Below, piece after piece: positions 13,168 through 26,900 of a stretch of DNA of 64,000 nucleotides. Location: NCBI RefSeq assembly GCF_004010195.1, contig NC_057750.1, positions 5,480,595 through 5,544,594 of the forward strand, given 5' to 3'. The notes under the pieces are model-generated. The model was not told the origin of the DNA. It made no database searches and saw only the letters and a program-made list of their open reading frames with translations. Origin of the DNA: Chiloscyllium plagiosum. Taxonomy: Eukaryota. Each line of letters starts with the position of its first letter. Position 1 is the stretch's first letter. A program made the translations under genes and the position numbers.

Positions 13168-13903
13168 TGTGGGGATGTAGGTAAAGTAGTGTTACTTCTG
13201 CAATTATAATTACTTATGCAAGGTAAATGAACTCACACCAGTGTGTAATTGTTTCAACTAAGAGCTGAATCAACTAGAATGCAAACTATGTGGAGAAAAT
13301 ACGTAATTGTTTTTGTATTAGCTAAAATTGCATGCAAGAATGAAACATGACTGCAAAACAATGGTAGATGTTGCAGACAAATAGATAAGGTGCTGTGAGG
13401 ATGTAGGTTAAGTCAGAAATGCTTGCACCAGCAGTAGTTATAAGCATCTGCTTCCCACTTTTACAAAAACACAGGAACAAACCCCAATTAAAAGGTCATA
13501 AGGATCAGTATGGTTGGGGAAAGCACAGATGGAGTGAGTAGATAATGGTGAAGAAAGGATAATACCCAACAATGGGCCACAGTGGGATGTGGTCAAACGG
13601 CCTTATGAGGCCAGAAATAAGCATTTTGTCACAGACAAGGCCGGATAAGGCAAGAGATAAACAGGAGTAATGGGTGCCGGTCTTAGAGAAGTGGAAGATG
13701 TAAACTGGGAGGAGCAATGGGATAAAAAAAAGGAACCAAATTACATAAATATCTGGTATTCGTTCAATTCAGTGTGTGTGTGTCCCTGCCTTGCAGACAG
13801 TGGACATCGCATCCTCTTGCAAGGGTAAAATAAACGACACTACTGATTCAGATCTTGTCTCGGACTGAAATTATTGAAGTGAGTGGGCTTTGTTTCTCGC
13901 ACA
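13168..13903 (+). mobile_element. Solo LTR (about 736 bp) inserted into an HE1 SINE in CCDC61 intron 1
   Basis: TGTG...CACA termini, TATA-like CATAAATA near 13744, AATAAA 13829-13834; SINE sequence resumes on both sides. Confidence 0.6.
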
Positions 13904-14810
13904 TATTCTCCTTGCATCTGTCTGTGTTTCCTCTGTGTGCTCTAGTTTCCTCGTACAGGTCAGAGATATGCAGGTTAGGTGGATTGGCGGTGCTAAAGTG
14001 CCCTTTTGTGTCCAGGGATGTACAGGCTAGGTGAATTGGTCATGGTAAATGCAGGGTTATGGGGATAGAATGGCAGAGTGTCGGTGTGGGTGGGATGCTC
14101 TTTGGGGGGTCGAATGTACACAATGGGCCAAATGGCTAGCTTCCACACTAAGGATTCTATGATTCTATTAAGTCCCATCTGCTCCAGAGCTGTGCAATAA
14201 CATCTTGAACAGGATAATTAGCAAATTAGACTAGTTAAGTGCTCTAATGGCATTTGCCAATTGTTGTTCCCAATTTTTTCCACACATTGTTGAAGTCCTA
14301 CCTGCCCCAGTTGTTGTCAGCCTAACCTGATTCCACCTCTCTGCTAATTAGGATATGGGGATCAAGAATCACCCTTAACAGAAACACCAAATACTGAAAA
14401 TTCTGCTCACATCAGTGTAGAGTGTACCCAGAGTTAATGTTTTACATCTGGGATTTCCTTTGACTGCTTTGGTTCAGAACACTGAATACTGTCTATTCTG
14501 GACTATGCTGTACTAAATGTGATGCTGTTTAGACTGTATAAGGACTTAGGGCATTATATAATGTAATCCTCCATGGACAATCTGGATGGATTGGAATCAG
14601 TACAACATTGGGTAATGAATTTGGATACTGTGAGGGATAGCTGGGCCCATCCCAGTACATAACAATATGTTGTTACAGTATTTATCATATTTCTGATTTT
14701 TCCATTTTCTATCTAAGGCTTAAAAGATACAACAGCTCATCAGTGCTGTTGAAGTTTACCATATACCGTCGCCTTGCCCTGGAGTAGATAGCCCTTTGTC
14801 TGTCCACACC

Positions 14811-14958
14811 ATGGAAGGAGGTTCTTCTGTGCAAGCTAGTTATGTTTTCCGGGGCATTGAGTATATAGTCACGATGATGGTGACTGGAGATGTGTTGGAG
14901 GTGGAAGTCGAGGACCGATTGACATCTGAGCAATGGCGAGGAGAATTCGAGGCTGTTT
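14811..14958 (+). CDS. CCDC61: CCDC61 coding exon 1
   Basis: Kozak caccATGG; MEGGSSVQASYVFRGIEYIVTMMVTGDVLEVEVEDRLTSEQWRGEFEAV; donor gtaagt at 14959. Confidence 0.93.
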
Positions 14959-17900
14959 GTAAGTTCAGAGCTGCTCTTTATATGATCATTAAAAGGTTCA
15001 ACCTGTTTCTCCTAAAGTTATCCATTCCTCAAATAGAACCTTTTTTTAAATTCTAGGGTAAAAGAGACATGTTGCCAAGGCTTTTCATTTTACGCTTTTA
15101 AAGACTGTACCATTTTATGTTCTGTATTTCTGATTGTGAATCGAGTGGTAAAGGACTGTTTTAAAACCAGAGTTTGTGGAAGAAGTTATTATTCCTCTTT
15201 TTTTAAAGGCAAGTTACTGAAACTTCCTGTGTCATGTTTACACAGTTGCTTTATTCAAGTAGTTGGGGAGGGAACAAAAACAGAAATTACTGGAAAACTC
15301 TGCCTGTCTGGCAGCATCTGTGGAGAGAAATCAGAGTTAACGTTTCAGGTTCAGTTTCTGGGCCAGCTAAGCTTTTCCAGCAATTTCTGATTTCCACCAT
15401 CCGCATTCTTTGTTTCTGAATAAATACCAGCAATCTGGTCAGTGTTGTCTGTGGACCTGATTCTAGCAGACAGAGAAATTGGGGACTTTGTGTGTTTTGA
15501 TTAAACAATCAACTCTTGAGTTAGCTTTGGGAGTAGCAGAGCTTGACAATCAGCAAACTTTTCCAAGTCGATCATGATACACTAATCAGGACAAATGCAA
15601 AAATTCCAAATTTCAAACAATCACAACAGTTTATACTTTGAGAGTTTAGGGCTAATTAATTGGCTAGTGGATTCTCGCTAAGACATTGTGATGGAGAAAG
15701 CAATGGAAACAATTGGGTTCCCCAAACTCCTGGGTAATTAAAAAAGGTGTATGTTAGGATATATTCCTTTTTATTTTCAGAAAACGGGTCTCTAGTTGTG
15801 AATGTATTGGGGCAGCACGGTGGCTCAGTGGTTAGCACTGTTGCCTCACAGTGCCAGGGACCCGGGTTGAATTCCTGCCTCAGGCGACTGTCTGTGTGGA
15901 GTTTGCACATTCTCACTGTGTCTGTGTGGATTTTCTCCGGGTGCTCCAGTTTCCTCCCACAGTCCAAATATGTGCAGGTCAGGTGAAATAGCCGTGCTAA
16001 ATTGCCCACAGTGTTAGGTGCATTAATCAGGGGTAAATGTAGGGTATGGATCTGGGTGTGTTACTGTTTGGAGGGTCGATGTGGACTTGTTGGGCCAAAT
16101 GGCCTGTTTCCATACTGTAAGGAATCTCATCTAATGTATGTTTCTTCTAGCCAGTGTCACTGAACCATGTTATAGACTCAGCTAATTATCTGAATTTGGT
16201 TGTTAATGTTGCAATTAGCACTTTGGCTGGTATTGTCCAGTCAAGGAATGCCCCTCTTGTGGATGTTTGGAGTTGAGTAGGTGAGGGCTGGGTGAGTGTA
16301 GCGTGCACTCTACCTATTACCGAAGGAACATGTTTTGACAACTGAGTTTTGATAATGGCTAAATGCTGAGCGACGGCATCGTATTGAGCAGGGTTCGTGG
16401 TCTTGTCTGTGTGGAACCTTTTGATGTCCATTTAGTGAGATAGCAGGATTGCTGCAAAGGGCTCTGAAAATTTCTTATTTGTAATCTCTATCCTGAGCTG
16501 AGCTGTTTGGTTATGCATTTGCAAAGATGTGAGTTACTGCCCTGTCCTTTTGATAATCATACAATCTCCGAACACTGCTTCGACACGGAATGGAATGAGA
16601 GAATGGTTATGCATAAAGAAGGTCATTCACCTGTTGAGTTTGTGCAAGCTCTGTGAGATCAGTTTATTGAATCTGCATCCACCACCTTGTCCAACAGTAC
16701 GTCACTGACGTTTGTTCATAGCTGAATTTGGGACTTACTTGCAATTGCCTTAATTTTCTGTTCTCTGGTTTTCAACTGTTTTGGTAATGTGATTGGTTTC
16801 TCCTGGGCCCCTTCTGATTTTGTCTGTACAAAAATTTTTCAGAAAAAGAATTGTGTAAAGGATTTTGTGAAAGCACTTGTAGGTTTCTGTGGGCTGATAC
16901 TTTGTGGCTGCACTTCATTCATGACGTTTTGTTGCTTAGCAATAGCATGAAAGCTGGTGGGAGGATAAACGTTGAATAGCAGAGGTTAGCTGTTAACCTT
17001 ACTGTAGCTAAAATGAAATGAAAGATTCTGGAATCTGAAATAAAACAAAAAAAATGCTGGAATGCACCAAGTGCACTATTTGTGGAGAGACCAGCAGAGC
17101 TAGTGTTTTGAGTCCAATATGACTCCTTCAGGACTATACCCAAATGTTTCTGTTTAACTTGAATCTCTGTTTTGTTCCAGATATCGAAGATGTCACTCAC
17201 AAAACTGGCAACTTCAAACAGTTCTCAATCTTTTGCAGTATGTTGGAGTCAGCCATCACAAAGGTATGATCTAGTTTGAGGGAGCAAATGTTTGTACCTA
17301 GCATTTGTTCTTTCGCTCTTTAGCCCAGCTCCATTCAAAAGTTTGAGCTCTTCATGTCCAAGGATCCCTGAAGGTGTTAACATAGGTAGACAGGGTGGTG
17401 AAGAAGGCATTTGAGATACTTGCCTTCATTAGCTGGGGTGTGGAATATAGGAGTAAGGAATTCTTGTTACATAAAACATTAGTTAGGCCACAAATGGAAT
17501 ATTGTGCAATTCTGGTCATCGCACTATCTGAAAGTGATTGCACTGGGGAGGGTGCATAGGAGATTCACCAGGATGTGTATGTTATGACGAGAGACTGGGT
17601 AGGCTGAATTTAATTTCCTTTGGGCAGAGGAGGCTGAGGGGACATTTGATTGAGGTGTAAAATAATTGAGAGCCATGGGTGGGATAGACTGTCTAAATTG
17701 TTTGCCATGGCACATGTCTCAGACTAGAACACTTAAGTTCTAAGGTGAAAAGTAAATGGTTTAGAAGAGATCTGAGGTTTCTTTTTACAAAGAGGATGAT
17801 AGAAATATGGGACGTACTGCCTGAGAGGGTGGTGGAGCTCGATACATTTAAGAAACATCTGGATAAGCAGTTAATGAAAGCGCACAATTGGCTGTGGACC

Positions 17901-20900
17901 AAGTGCAGGTAAGTGAGAGTCTGTGTAGTTTGGTGCTTATTGGTCATAATAGACTGGGCCAAAGCACATGTTTTATGATGTATGACTCGTCTGTATTATC
18001 TCTTTCCTGTTACTGAACCAAAAAAAAATGAGATGTCCCTCTAATACCTGCAGCCTCAGTTCTCAATTACCTGTTTGTCTGTACAGTGAAGTACTGTGGA
18101 AGCATAGCACCTGCTGCAATATGTCTGCACACTGATACGTTTCAAACTCCCACAGGCAGCCGAGTGAAAATGGCCAGATAATCTACTTTTGGTGATATTA
18201 ATTGAGGGATTAATATTGGTCCAGGACAGTGGGGAGATGCTATCCCTTGCCATTGTCCCACCAAGTCTTTTACATCTAACCTGGAGGCCGCATGGGCCCA
18301 CAGTTTATGAAAGATGTCAGCAATGACTTTTGGTGCTCAGGTCTCTGATGTGGGGGCCTTCTGACCTAATATACTGAGCCATAGCTGATACTTCACCAGC
18401 TCTGTTTTCTGTGCAGGGATTAGAGCCTGCAATGAATACACTATATCATGTTTTGTAATGATCTGTCTAAAACTAGTCATGTTTTAGTCATTCCTGACTT
18501 GGAAATCTGAAACCCAGGGATTTCATAGAATCCCTGCAGTGTGGAAGCAGGCCATTCGCCCCATCAAGTCCACACCGATCCCTCCAATGAGACAGTACAC
18601 AGAATTTCAACTGAATTCTCCTTGAGAGATATTCCCTGCAGCCAGATTGTTCTAAGCTAACTTGCTTTAAGAAACCGAACCAGACAGGATTGCACTCCCC
18701 CCACCTCCCCCTGTCATTACTTCTTGGTTATCGCTTTCTGTTGTTGTTGTTAGCTCCCAGGTTTTCTGGCCACATGCTCAGTTGCTGGAAACAAAGTACT
18801 GTTTGTGAGAAGTCAGCTTCTGGAGAAATGTGGTGCTGGAAAAGCAAAGCCCTGCATCAGCCTGATGAAGAGGTCATGCCTGAAACGTCATCCCTCCTGT
18901 TCCTCGGATGCTGCTTGACCGGCTGTGCTTTTCTAGCAACACACTTTTTGACTCTGATTTCCAGCATCTGGAGTCCTCACTTTGTCCCAGCTTCTGAAGA
19001 AGCCTACTCATTAAAGTCAGGTGGGGGAGGGTGGAAGGAGGGTCCAAGAACCAGGAGACCCAGTCACAGAATAATAATTTGACCATTTACGACCTACATG
19101 AGGAAATATTTCTTTACTGAAGTGGTTAATCTTTGGAGGTCTCCACCTCAAAGGGCTGTGGAAGTTCATTCATTATTTTCAAGACAGATCAACAATAGAT
19201 TTCTATGTATTGAGGGCTATGGGGATATGTGGAGTTGAGATAGAACATAACAAATAGAAGCAGCAACAGGAGTAGGCTATTTGGCCCTCAAACCTGCTCC
19301 AGCATTCCACAAGATCATGGCTGATCTGCCCCAGGCCTCAACTCCTGTTCTTGTGCCAACTCAACAAATCGTCAACACCTAATATTTCAAAAATATTAAC
19401 AACCTCCTCTTTGAATACTTTCGGTGATGTAATCTCCACAGCTCTGAGGTAGGGAATTCCAGTCATTCATTACTATCTGACAATTTTCCCCTAGTTTGAG
19501 ATTTGCCCCACTACCAGAACATCTTCTCAACACCCAACCTGTCAAGACCCTCGGAAGATCAGCCGATACATAGTTGGATGATTGTGCAGGCTTGAGGGGC
19601 TGAATATCCACCACTTGCTCCTATTTGCTATCGTCCTCTGCACTGAGATGGGGTGTGGAGACACAGGCATTTGTCAGATTTGAGCTCTGAAGCCTCCTAA
19701 GCCCTGGGAAAACTTGTCATTCTTAATGCTGTGTGGGTTGGGGTCAGAACATTGACCACAGCATCTTTTGATGCACTGGGTTTATTTATTTGATTTTTCA
19801 GAGCAGTGAATCAGTGACTCTTGACCTATTGACCTACGCTGACCTGGAGCTATTGAGAAACCGGAAAGCTGGAGTTTCAATGAGGCACGCACCACCACCG
19901 AAATCTGGAGCCCTCAATGTGAAACGTTACCTCATCCTCATTTACTCAGTGGAGTTTGACAGGTATCAAATCCATGCTTAATAAAACAAAGATCAAATTA
20001 TAATTTATTTTTCTCCTGGTAAGAACTAATAGAAATCTCTGATCCATATATTATTTCTTAGCACTTTAAAATGAGCTAGCAAGGCAAGGGGTTAGAGTTT
20101 GTGGGCATTGTAGTAATATCACTGGACTAGTAATCCAAAGGCCCAGGCTAATGCCGTGAGGTCATGGGTTCAATTCCCACCATGAGAGTTGGTGGAATGT
20201 AAGTTCAGTTAATGAATTAAAAGTAATGGTGACTATGAAGGTATTGTTGATTGTTGTAACAACCTATTTCATTCCCGGTGTCCTTGTAGATTTAAACCTA
20301 TATGTGGCTCTAACTCTCAGTAATGTGTTTGAGTCTTATCTGTCATCTGAAATTGCCCTAACAGTCAGGGATTAGCAACAAGTGATGCCCATATCATATG
20401 AAAGAATTTTTATAAAAAATCAGAAATGGTCTGTTGAACCAGGTTACATCTGATACCTCAAATCAAACTGCTTCTAAATATTCAGTTCCACTCAAAACAG
20501 GACAAAACAGGGAGTATGTAAAACGCAGGAATGGGTGGGTTACTCTTCGGAGGGTCGGTGTGGACTGGTTGGGCCGAAGAGCCTGTTTCCACACTCTAGG
20601 GAATCTAATCTAATCTAATCAGATTTGAGGTTGGCACTGTGGCTCAGTGGTTAGCACTGCTGCCTCACAGCACCAGGGACCCGGGTTCGATTCCAGCCTG
20701 TGTGCAGTTTGCACATTCTCCCCGTGTCTGCGTGGGTTTCCTCCCACAGTCCAAAGATGTGCAGGTCAGGTGAATTGGCCATGTTAAATTGCCCTTTAGT
20801 GTTGTTAGATGCATTAGTCAGAGGAAATTGGGTTTGGGTGGGTTACTCTTTGGAGGATCGGTGTGGACTTGTTAGACCAAAGGGCCTGTTTCCACACTAA

Positions 20901-23900
20901 TCTAATCGAATCTAATAGTTGACAAGAAATTTGATTGATTTAAGTTTTATTGTCATGTGTACTCAAGCACAGGAGTACAGTGAAAAGTGTATAATGTTGT
21001 CACATGCAGTGCCATATTAGGTACAAAGGTAAAGTAGTAATATAGGGAAAGAAAATTAGAAGAAAAACATTGCTGTTGTTCTTAGTATTAGTAGTAAAAT
21101 AAAGTTAGAAGTTAACATTACCACCCTTTCTGGTATTAAGTGGAAAAATACAGGAATAAAGGTAATTGTTCAACAGTCTTACGTGCAAGGGCTGGGTCTC
21201 CTCCACTTTAGCCTGCTTGCTGGGAAACCTCGGACTCCCTGCTCTCAACATTGCAGATCCTTGGGGTCCTCCCTCACCAACACTTCGGACTCGCTCTAAC
21301 CACTTTGGGCTCAGGCCCACAGCCGCTTCCACACACCCGACTTCCAGCTGACAGTGCTCCGGGCCTGCCACGCTCCCCGTGATTCGATCGCCACTGCTGC
21401 TCATGGCCCACTGCTCGGTTCAGCCTCTCCCACACAACTGTGCATCACCCCCTCCTCCCAAAAGTTATGTGATCTTCCAAGGGAGACCTAACATCAGGCT
21501 AGTCCATGAGGGTGAATGCCTGATGAGTTCATCTTCAATCCTCCTTTGAGTGGACTAAACTAACCCGGGCGATTACTCTAGCCTTCATGGTGTCTTTGAC
21601 ATCACTCTTTCCTGAATGAGGTGACCTACAACCCCATTCAGGATTGGGTCCAGTTCTCGCTTGAAGGTTGGGGCTTTTGGTGGAATTGGAGCATGTGGGA
21701 GATGAGTCTTTGATCCATGGATTTTAGTTGGGCATCAAGCAGAAAGAAAGTTCTTGAATTATGCATCTGTGTTTTGAGAGACTCTTAATTGTCAAAATTT
21801 GGAACAAGCAAATAGCTTTCTCTTCGTATTGCCAACACAGAGAAGAGTGACCATGACCTTGCTTCAGAAGAGGCATAATTTGTTAGGAAGTAGTTCAGAG
21901 AAGGCTGATTCCTGGGATGAAGGGGTTTGCTGATAAGGGAACATTGTGCAGGTTGGGCTTGTACTCTGAGTTTAGAACAGTTACAGGTGATCTCAGTTAT
22001 GAAGGGACTTGACAAGTGTGTGTGTTGGGAGGATGTTTTCCCTTGCCTTGACCTGGTGAGGCACAATCTTAAAAAGATTTGTCTCCCATTCAAGATTCTA
22101 TTTTTTCACAGTGTCATTAGACACAGCAGAGGAGTCTGGGTTATTGAATATATTAAAGACTGAGATAGACGTACAGCCAACTTTGTTTTAACTGACAGCT
22201 TCTGAACTGGCACTCTGGATAAACTGGCAAACAAATAAATAAAAACAGGAAGAACTGTGGATGCTGGAAATTGGAAACAAAACCGCTGGAAAAGCTCAGC
22301 AGGTCTGGCAGCATCTGTGGAGAGAAATCAGAGTTCATGTTTTGGGTTGAGTGACCCTTCCTCAGAACTTCATCCAAAAATTATATACTTCAAATACCAT
22401 GAAGTTTAATGTACTATTCTGATCAATTATTATAGTTTTTTAAATTTATTTGCCACAATGTAAATATACTTGTGGTCAATCGAATTACCACATGAAATAT
22501 CAACAGTTTATTCAATTTCTCCTCCAATACCATGATCTATCAGTAGTCAGTTGAAGATGTCAGTCAGAAGGCACTCTACAAGCTTTTATTTAAGTTTTAT
22601 TATTTGTGATTTATGCAGTAAATAAAGTATAACACTCTGTATACTCCCTGCATTATGTTCATATTACTTACTGTGTTTTTTAACATTGGTTATATGGACC
22701 TCTTGATAATCAAATATTTCAGATAATCTGGCACACTCCTGGTCCTATAAGTGGCGGTTAATAAAAAGTTAACTGTATTTTTGTTTGACAAGGGGGATTT
22801 GGGTCTGCTGGGAGAACGGGCAAAAAAAAATGGAATCAAGGCCACAATCCAGATTCGCCTGCTCCTGTTTCCATTTTGTAAACTGATCTTTCTTTTTGAT
22901 GCCTGCAGAATACACTACCCACTTCCCCTACCCTATGTAGGAAAGCCAGATCCAGCCACTCTCCAGAAGATCATTCGAAGCCTGAAAGAGGAACTTGCCA
23001 CAGTGAAATCGAAGCATGGCAAGGACTTCCGTGACACAGAGCTCAGACGCTTGAGAGCAGAGTGAGTCTCTTTCTTTCCCTTTCTTGTTTTCCTCCACCC
23101 CCACCTCCACCACCACCACAACCTCATCACCATGCCCCTACCCACTCTACCCCCCAGTATGATTTCTGCTCACGTCACAGCAATGACACTATATAACTAA
23201 CACTAGCCACTGTAAGTGCAGCATTACATTGTGGTAGTATAATGACAGCGCAGGATTTGACTGAGACTCATCATCCTTAATAGGAGGCCTGCACCTCTTG
23301 TCTGTATGTAGAAATTTCAACATAGGGAACTAGTTTCACTTTACCTGCTGAACCCATATCCCTTTAATACCTATGCTGTCACCCACTGACCCAATATAAT
23401 ATTGAATGTTGGCCCCAACTCTGCCTCATTCACAGCCCAACAATAACAAAAAAATCTTCTATCCCTTTTTGTAAGTCTTATGTACTTGACTGTTTTGCTC
23501 TTGATTGCTTAACCATTGTTCCCATCATTCTACTCTTTCCTATCATTTTATAGTTTTAATCTGCATTGCTCTAACAAAAAAACTTTCTTGTTCCCCCTGC
23601 AACACACACACAAATGCACGCACACACAGACACGCCTATATTTGTTCCTGGCATTTCTTGCTCATTGTCATTCTCTTCTGCCACGCCAACCACTGAGCTG
23701 CCTTTGATTCATATTAACTCGTGGCATATGAGCTCAACCAGCATTTAATGCCCATCCCTAATTGTCCAGACAGCAGTTAAGAACTCCATTTCTGTGGCTC
23801 CAGCATCATGTGTAACCCGAACTGGTTAAGGATGGCAGATTTCCTTCCCTAAAGGGTATTAGTGAGCCTGATGGGTTTTTGTGACCATGGTTACATGTTC

Positions 23901-26900
23901 TCCACTAGGATGGTGTTTAATTCAAGGTTTTTATTTTCAAACTTTATTGACTGCCATGATGAGAATTGAACCCATGTTTCCAGGGCATTTACCTGGGCCT
24001 CTGGATTACTAGTCCAATGATGCTACCACAACCTCCTTGTGCCATGGTGGCAGTGTCATCAAGGCTCCCCAAACTAATTCTCATTCTGTGAGGAGAGTGG
24101 ACCTGTACTCTCTTGAGTTGAGAAGAGTGTGTAGTGGTCTCCTTGAATCATGTTAAAAATTACACAACACCAGGTTATAGTCCAACAGGTTTAATTGGAA
24201 GCATTAGCTTTCGGAGCACTGCTCCTTCATCAGGTAGTTGTGGAGTACACAATTGTATGACACCGAATTTATAGCAAAAGTTTACAGTGTGATGTAATTG
24301 AAATTATACATTGAAAAATACCTTGATAGTTTGTTGAGTCTCTCATCTGTTAGAATAACCATGATAGTTTCACTTCTTTCATATGTAAATCACAAAACCT
24401 TTTTTTAAAAGTTACATTCTCAGGTTAACTGTAATAATTGGTGTCAGCCAGATAAGATGTTAAGATGTTGAAGGTGTTAGCCCCTGGCTTGTGTTCCTTG
24501 TCTGTGCCATAATGTTTAGACTGATTCTAATCTAAAAATGAGTTAACAGAGTCGAGTATGGATTCATGCAGTTTTTGAGCACAGTGCAATGTAACTCTGC
24601 AAGTAACCTGGTGTTGTGATTTTTAACTTTGTACACCCCAGTCCAACACCATCGTCTCCAAATCCTTGAATCATAACATTCTCACAGGATTTGACAGGGT
24701 AGATTCAGCAAGATGTTTCCTCTGGTTGGGATGGGGTCCTTGAGTTGGGCGTCACTGTTTTAGAATAAGGAGTATGCCACATAGCATAAGGAGAATTTTT
24801 TTTCTTTCAAAAGTGTTGTATTTTGGTACAACACACAAGGGTGGGGTATATACAATTAATGGTAGGGCCTTGATTTGGAGATGCCGGTATTGGACTGGGG
24901 TTTACAAAGTTTAAAAATCTCACAACACCAGGTTATAGTCCAACAGGTTTAGATTAGATTAGATTTAGATTACGTACAGTGTGGAAACAGGCCCTTCAGC
25001 TCAACACGTCCACATCGACCCTCCAGAAAGTAACCCACCCAGACCCCTTTCCCTCTGACTAATGCACCTAACACTATGGGGCAATTTACCATGGCCAATT
25101 CACCTGACCTGCACATCTTTGGACTGTGGGAGGAAACCGGAGCACCCGGAGGAAACCCACACAGACACTGGGAGAATGTGCAAACTCCACACAGGCAGGT
25201 GCTCAAGGCTGGAATTGAACCTGGGACCCTGGTGCTGTGAGGCAGCACTTAACCACTGAGCTACCGTGCCACCCCACCACCCTAAATTGGAAGCTAGTGC
25301 TTCCAATTAAACCTGTTGGACTATAAACCTGGTGTTGTGATTTGTAACTTGGTAGGACCTTGGGCAGCATTGTAGAACCAGAGGGACCCAGGAGTGCAGG
25401 TACATAATCCTTTGAAGTTTGTGTCACATGTAGACAGGGACGTTAAAAAGGCATTTGGCACACTTGCCTTCATTGCTCAATCCTTTGAGTAAAGGAGTTG
25501 GGGAGTCATGTTGCGGGTGTACAGGACAATGAGGCCTGACTTTGTCCAGTTCTGGTCATCCAGATGTAGGAAGGATACTATTAAATTGGAAAGGATTCAG
25601 AAGGGATTTATCAAGACTTGTCAACCTTCAAAGGTTTGAGTATCAAGAAAGGCTGGGACTTTTTCACCTGAGCCTAGGAAGTTGAGAGTTGAGCTTATAG
25701 AAGTTTATAAAATAATGAAGGGTATAGAAAGAGTTATTGTCTTTGTTGTCTTTATCCTAGGATGGGGGATTTCAAGACTAGGGGGCATATTTTCATGGTG
25801 AGAGGAGAGAGATTTTGAAAAAAGACATGAGGGGCAAACGTTTCACACAGCAGGTAATTCACATATGGAATGAACTTCCTGAGGAAGTGGTGGATGTGGG
25901 TACAATTACAACATTTAAAAGACATTTGGATAAGTACATGAATAGAAACGGTTCAGAGGGATATGGTCCAGGAGCAGGCAGGTGGGACCATTTTAGTTTG
26001 GGATTATGTTTTGCATGGACTGGTTGGACCGAAGTGTCTGTTTCCATGCTGTATGACTCTCTGACTCTAAGTAAATCTTTGGAATTCTCTGCCCTTAGAT
26101 GGCTGTGGAACCACAATCATTTTGTATTTTCAAGCCAGTGATTGATAGATTTCTAGATGATAATATCAAGAGATAACATGAGAAAATGGTGTTGGTGTAC
26201 ATGATTAGCCATGATGTAGAGTGGTGGAGCAGATCTGAAGAGCTGAATGGCCTACTCCTGCATTGCTTTGTTTCTACAGGTTGATAATAAACCTAGGGTA
26301 TCTAGTTCTGAGGTGAGGAATTGAACCTGAAGCTTCTGGTGCAGAGGTGGGGGACACTATCTACTGTGACATTTGATCTCTGTGGGATACCATGAGACCC
26401 TTTTCATCAGTCTGGAGAAAACTGCTTTATCTTCTACTCTCTGCTGCCTCCTGTCCAACCAATCTTTTAATTTAGTTTCTGTCCTCTCCTTAACCTGTTA
26501 AAAGGTGCCATCATTTGAGTGAGGCATTAAACCAAAGCGGCTGTATAAAATCCCATGGCATTATTATAAAAAGAACAGTGTGATCATCTGATATCCATCC
26601 CTCAACCAACATCACAAGAAGCCAGATTTATTGGTCATTTATGCGATTGCTATTTGTGGGATCTTGTTGTGCTGCCTTCTGCTTTCTTGCAGTATAAAGG
26701 TAACCATTTTTTAAAAGATAATTTGCTCTGGGCCATCCTGAGTTTGTAGAAAATGCTACAAAATGTCTGTGTAACTCCATTTATCACCTGCCAGCATGTA
26801 CCCTGTTGGGCCAAATGACATGTTCCTGCACCATCTCCTGAGCAATTTCTATTGCTGTCCCTATTGGGGAAAGAATGCACCATGGCAGAAAATAACATGC

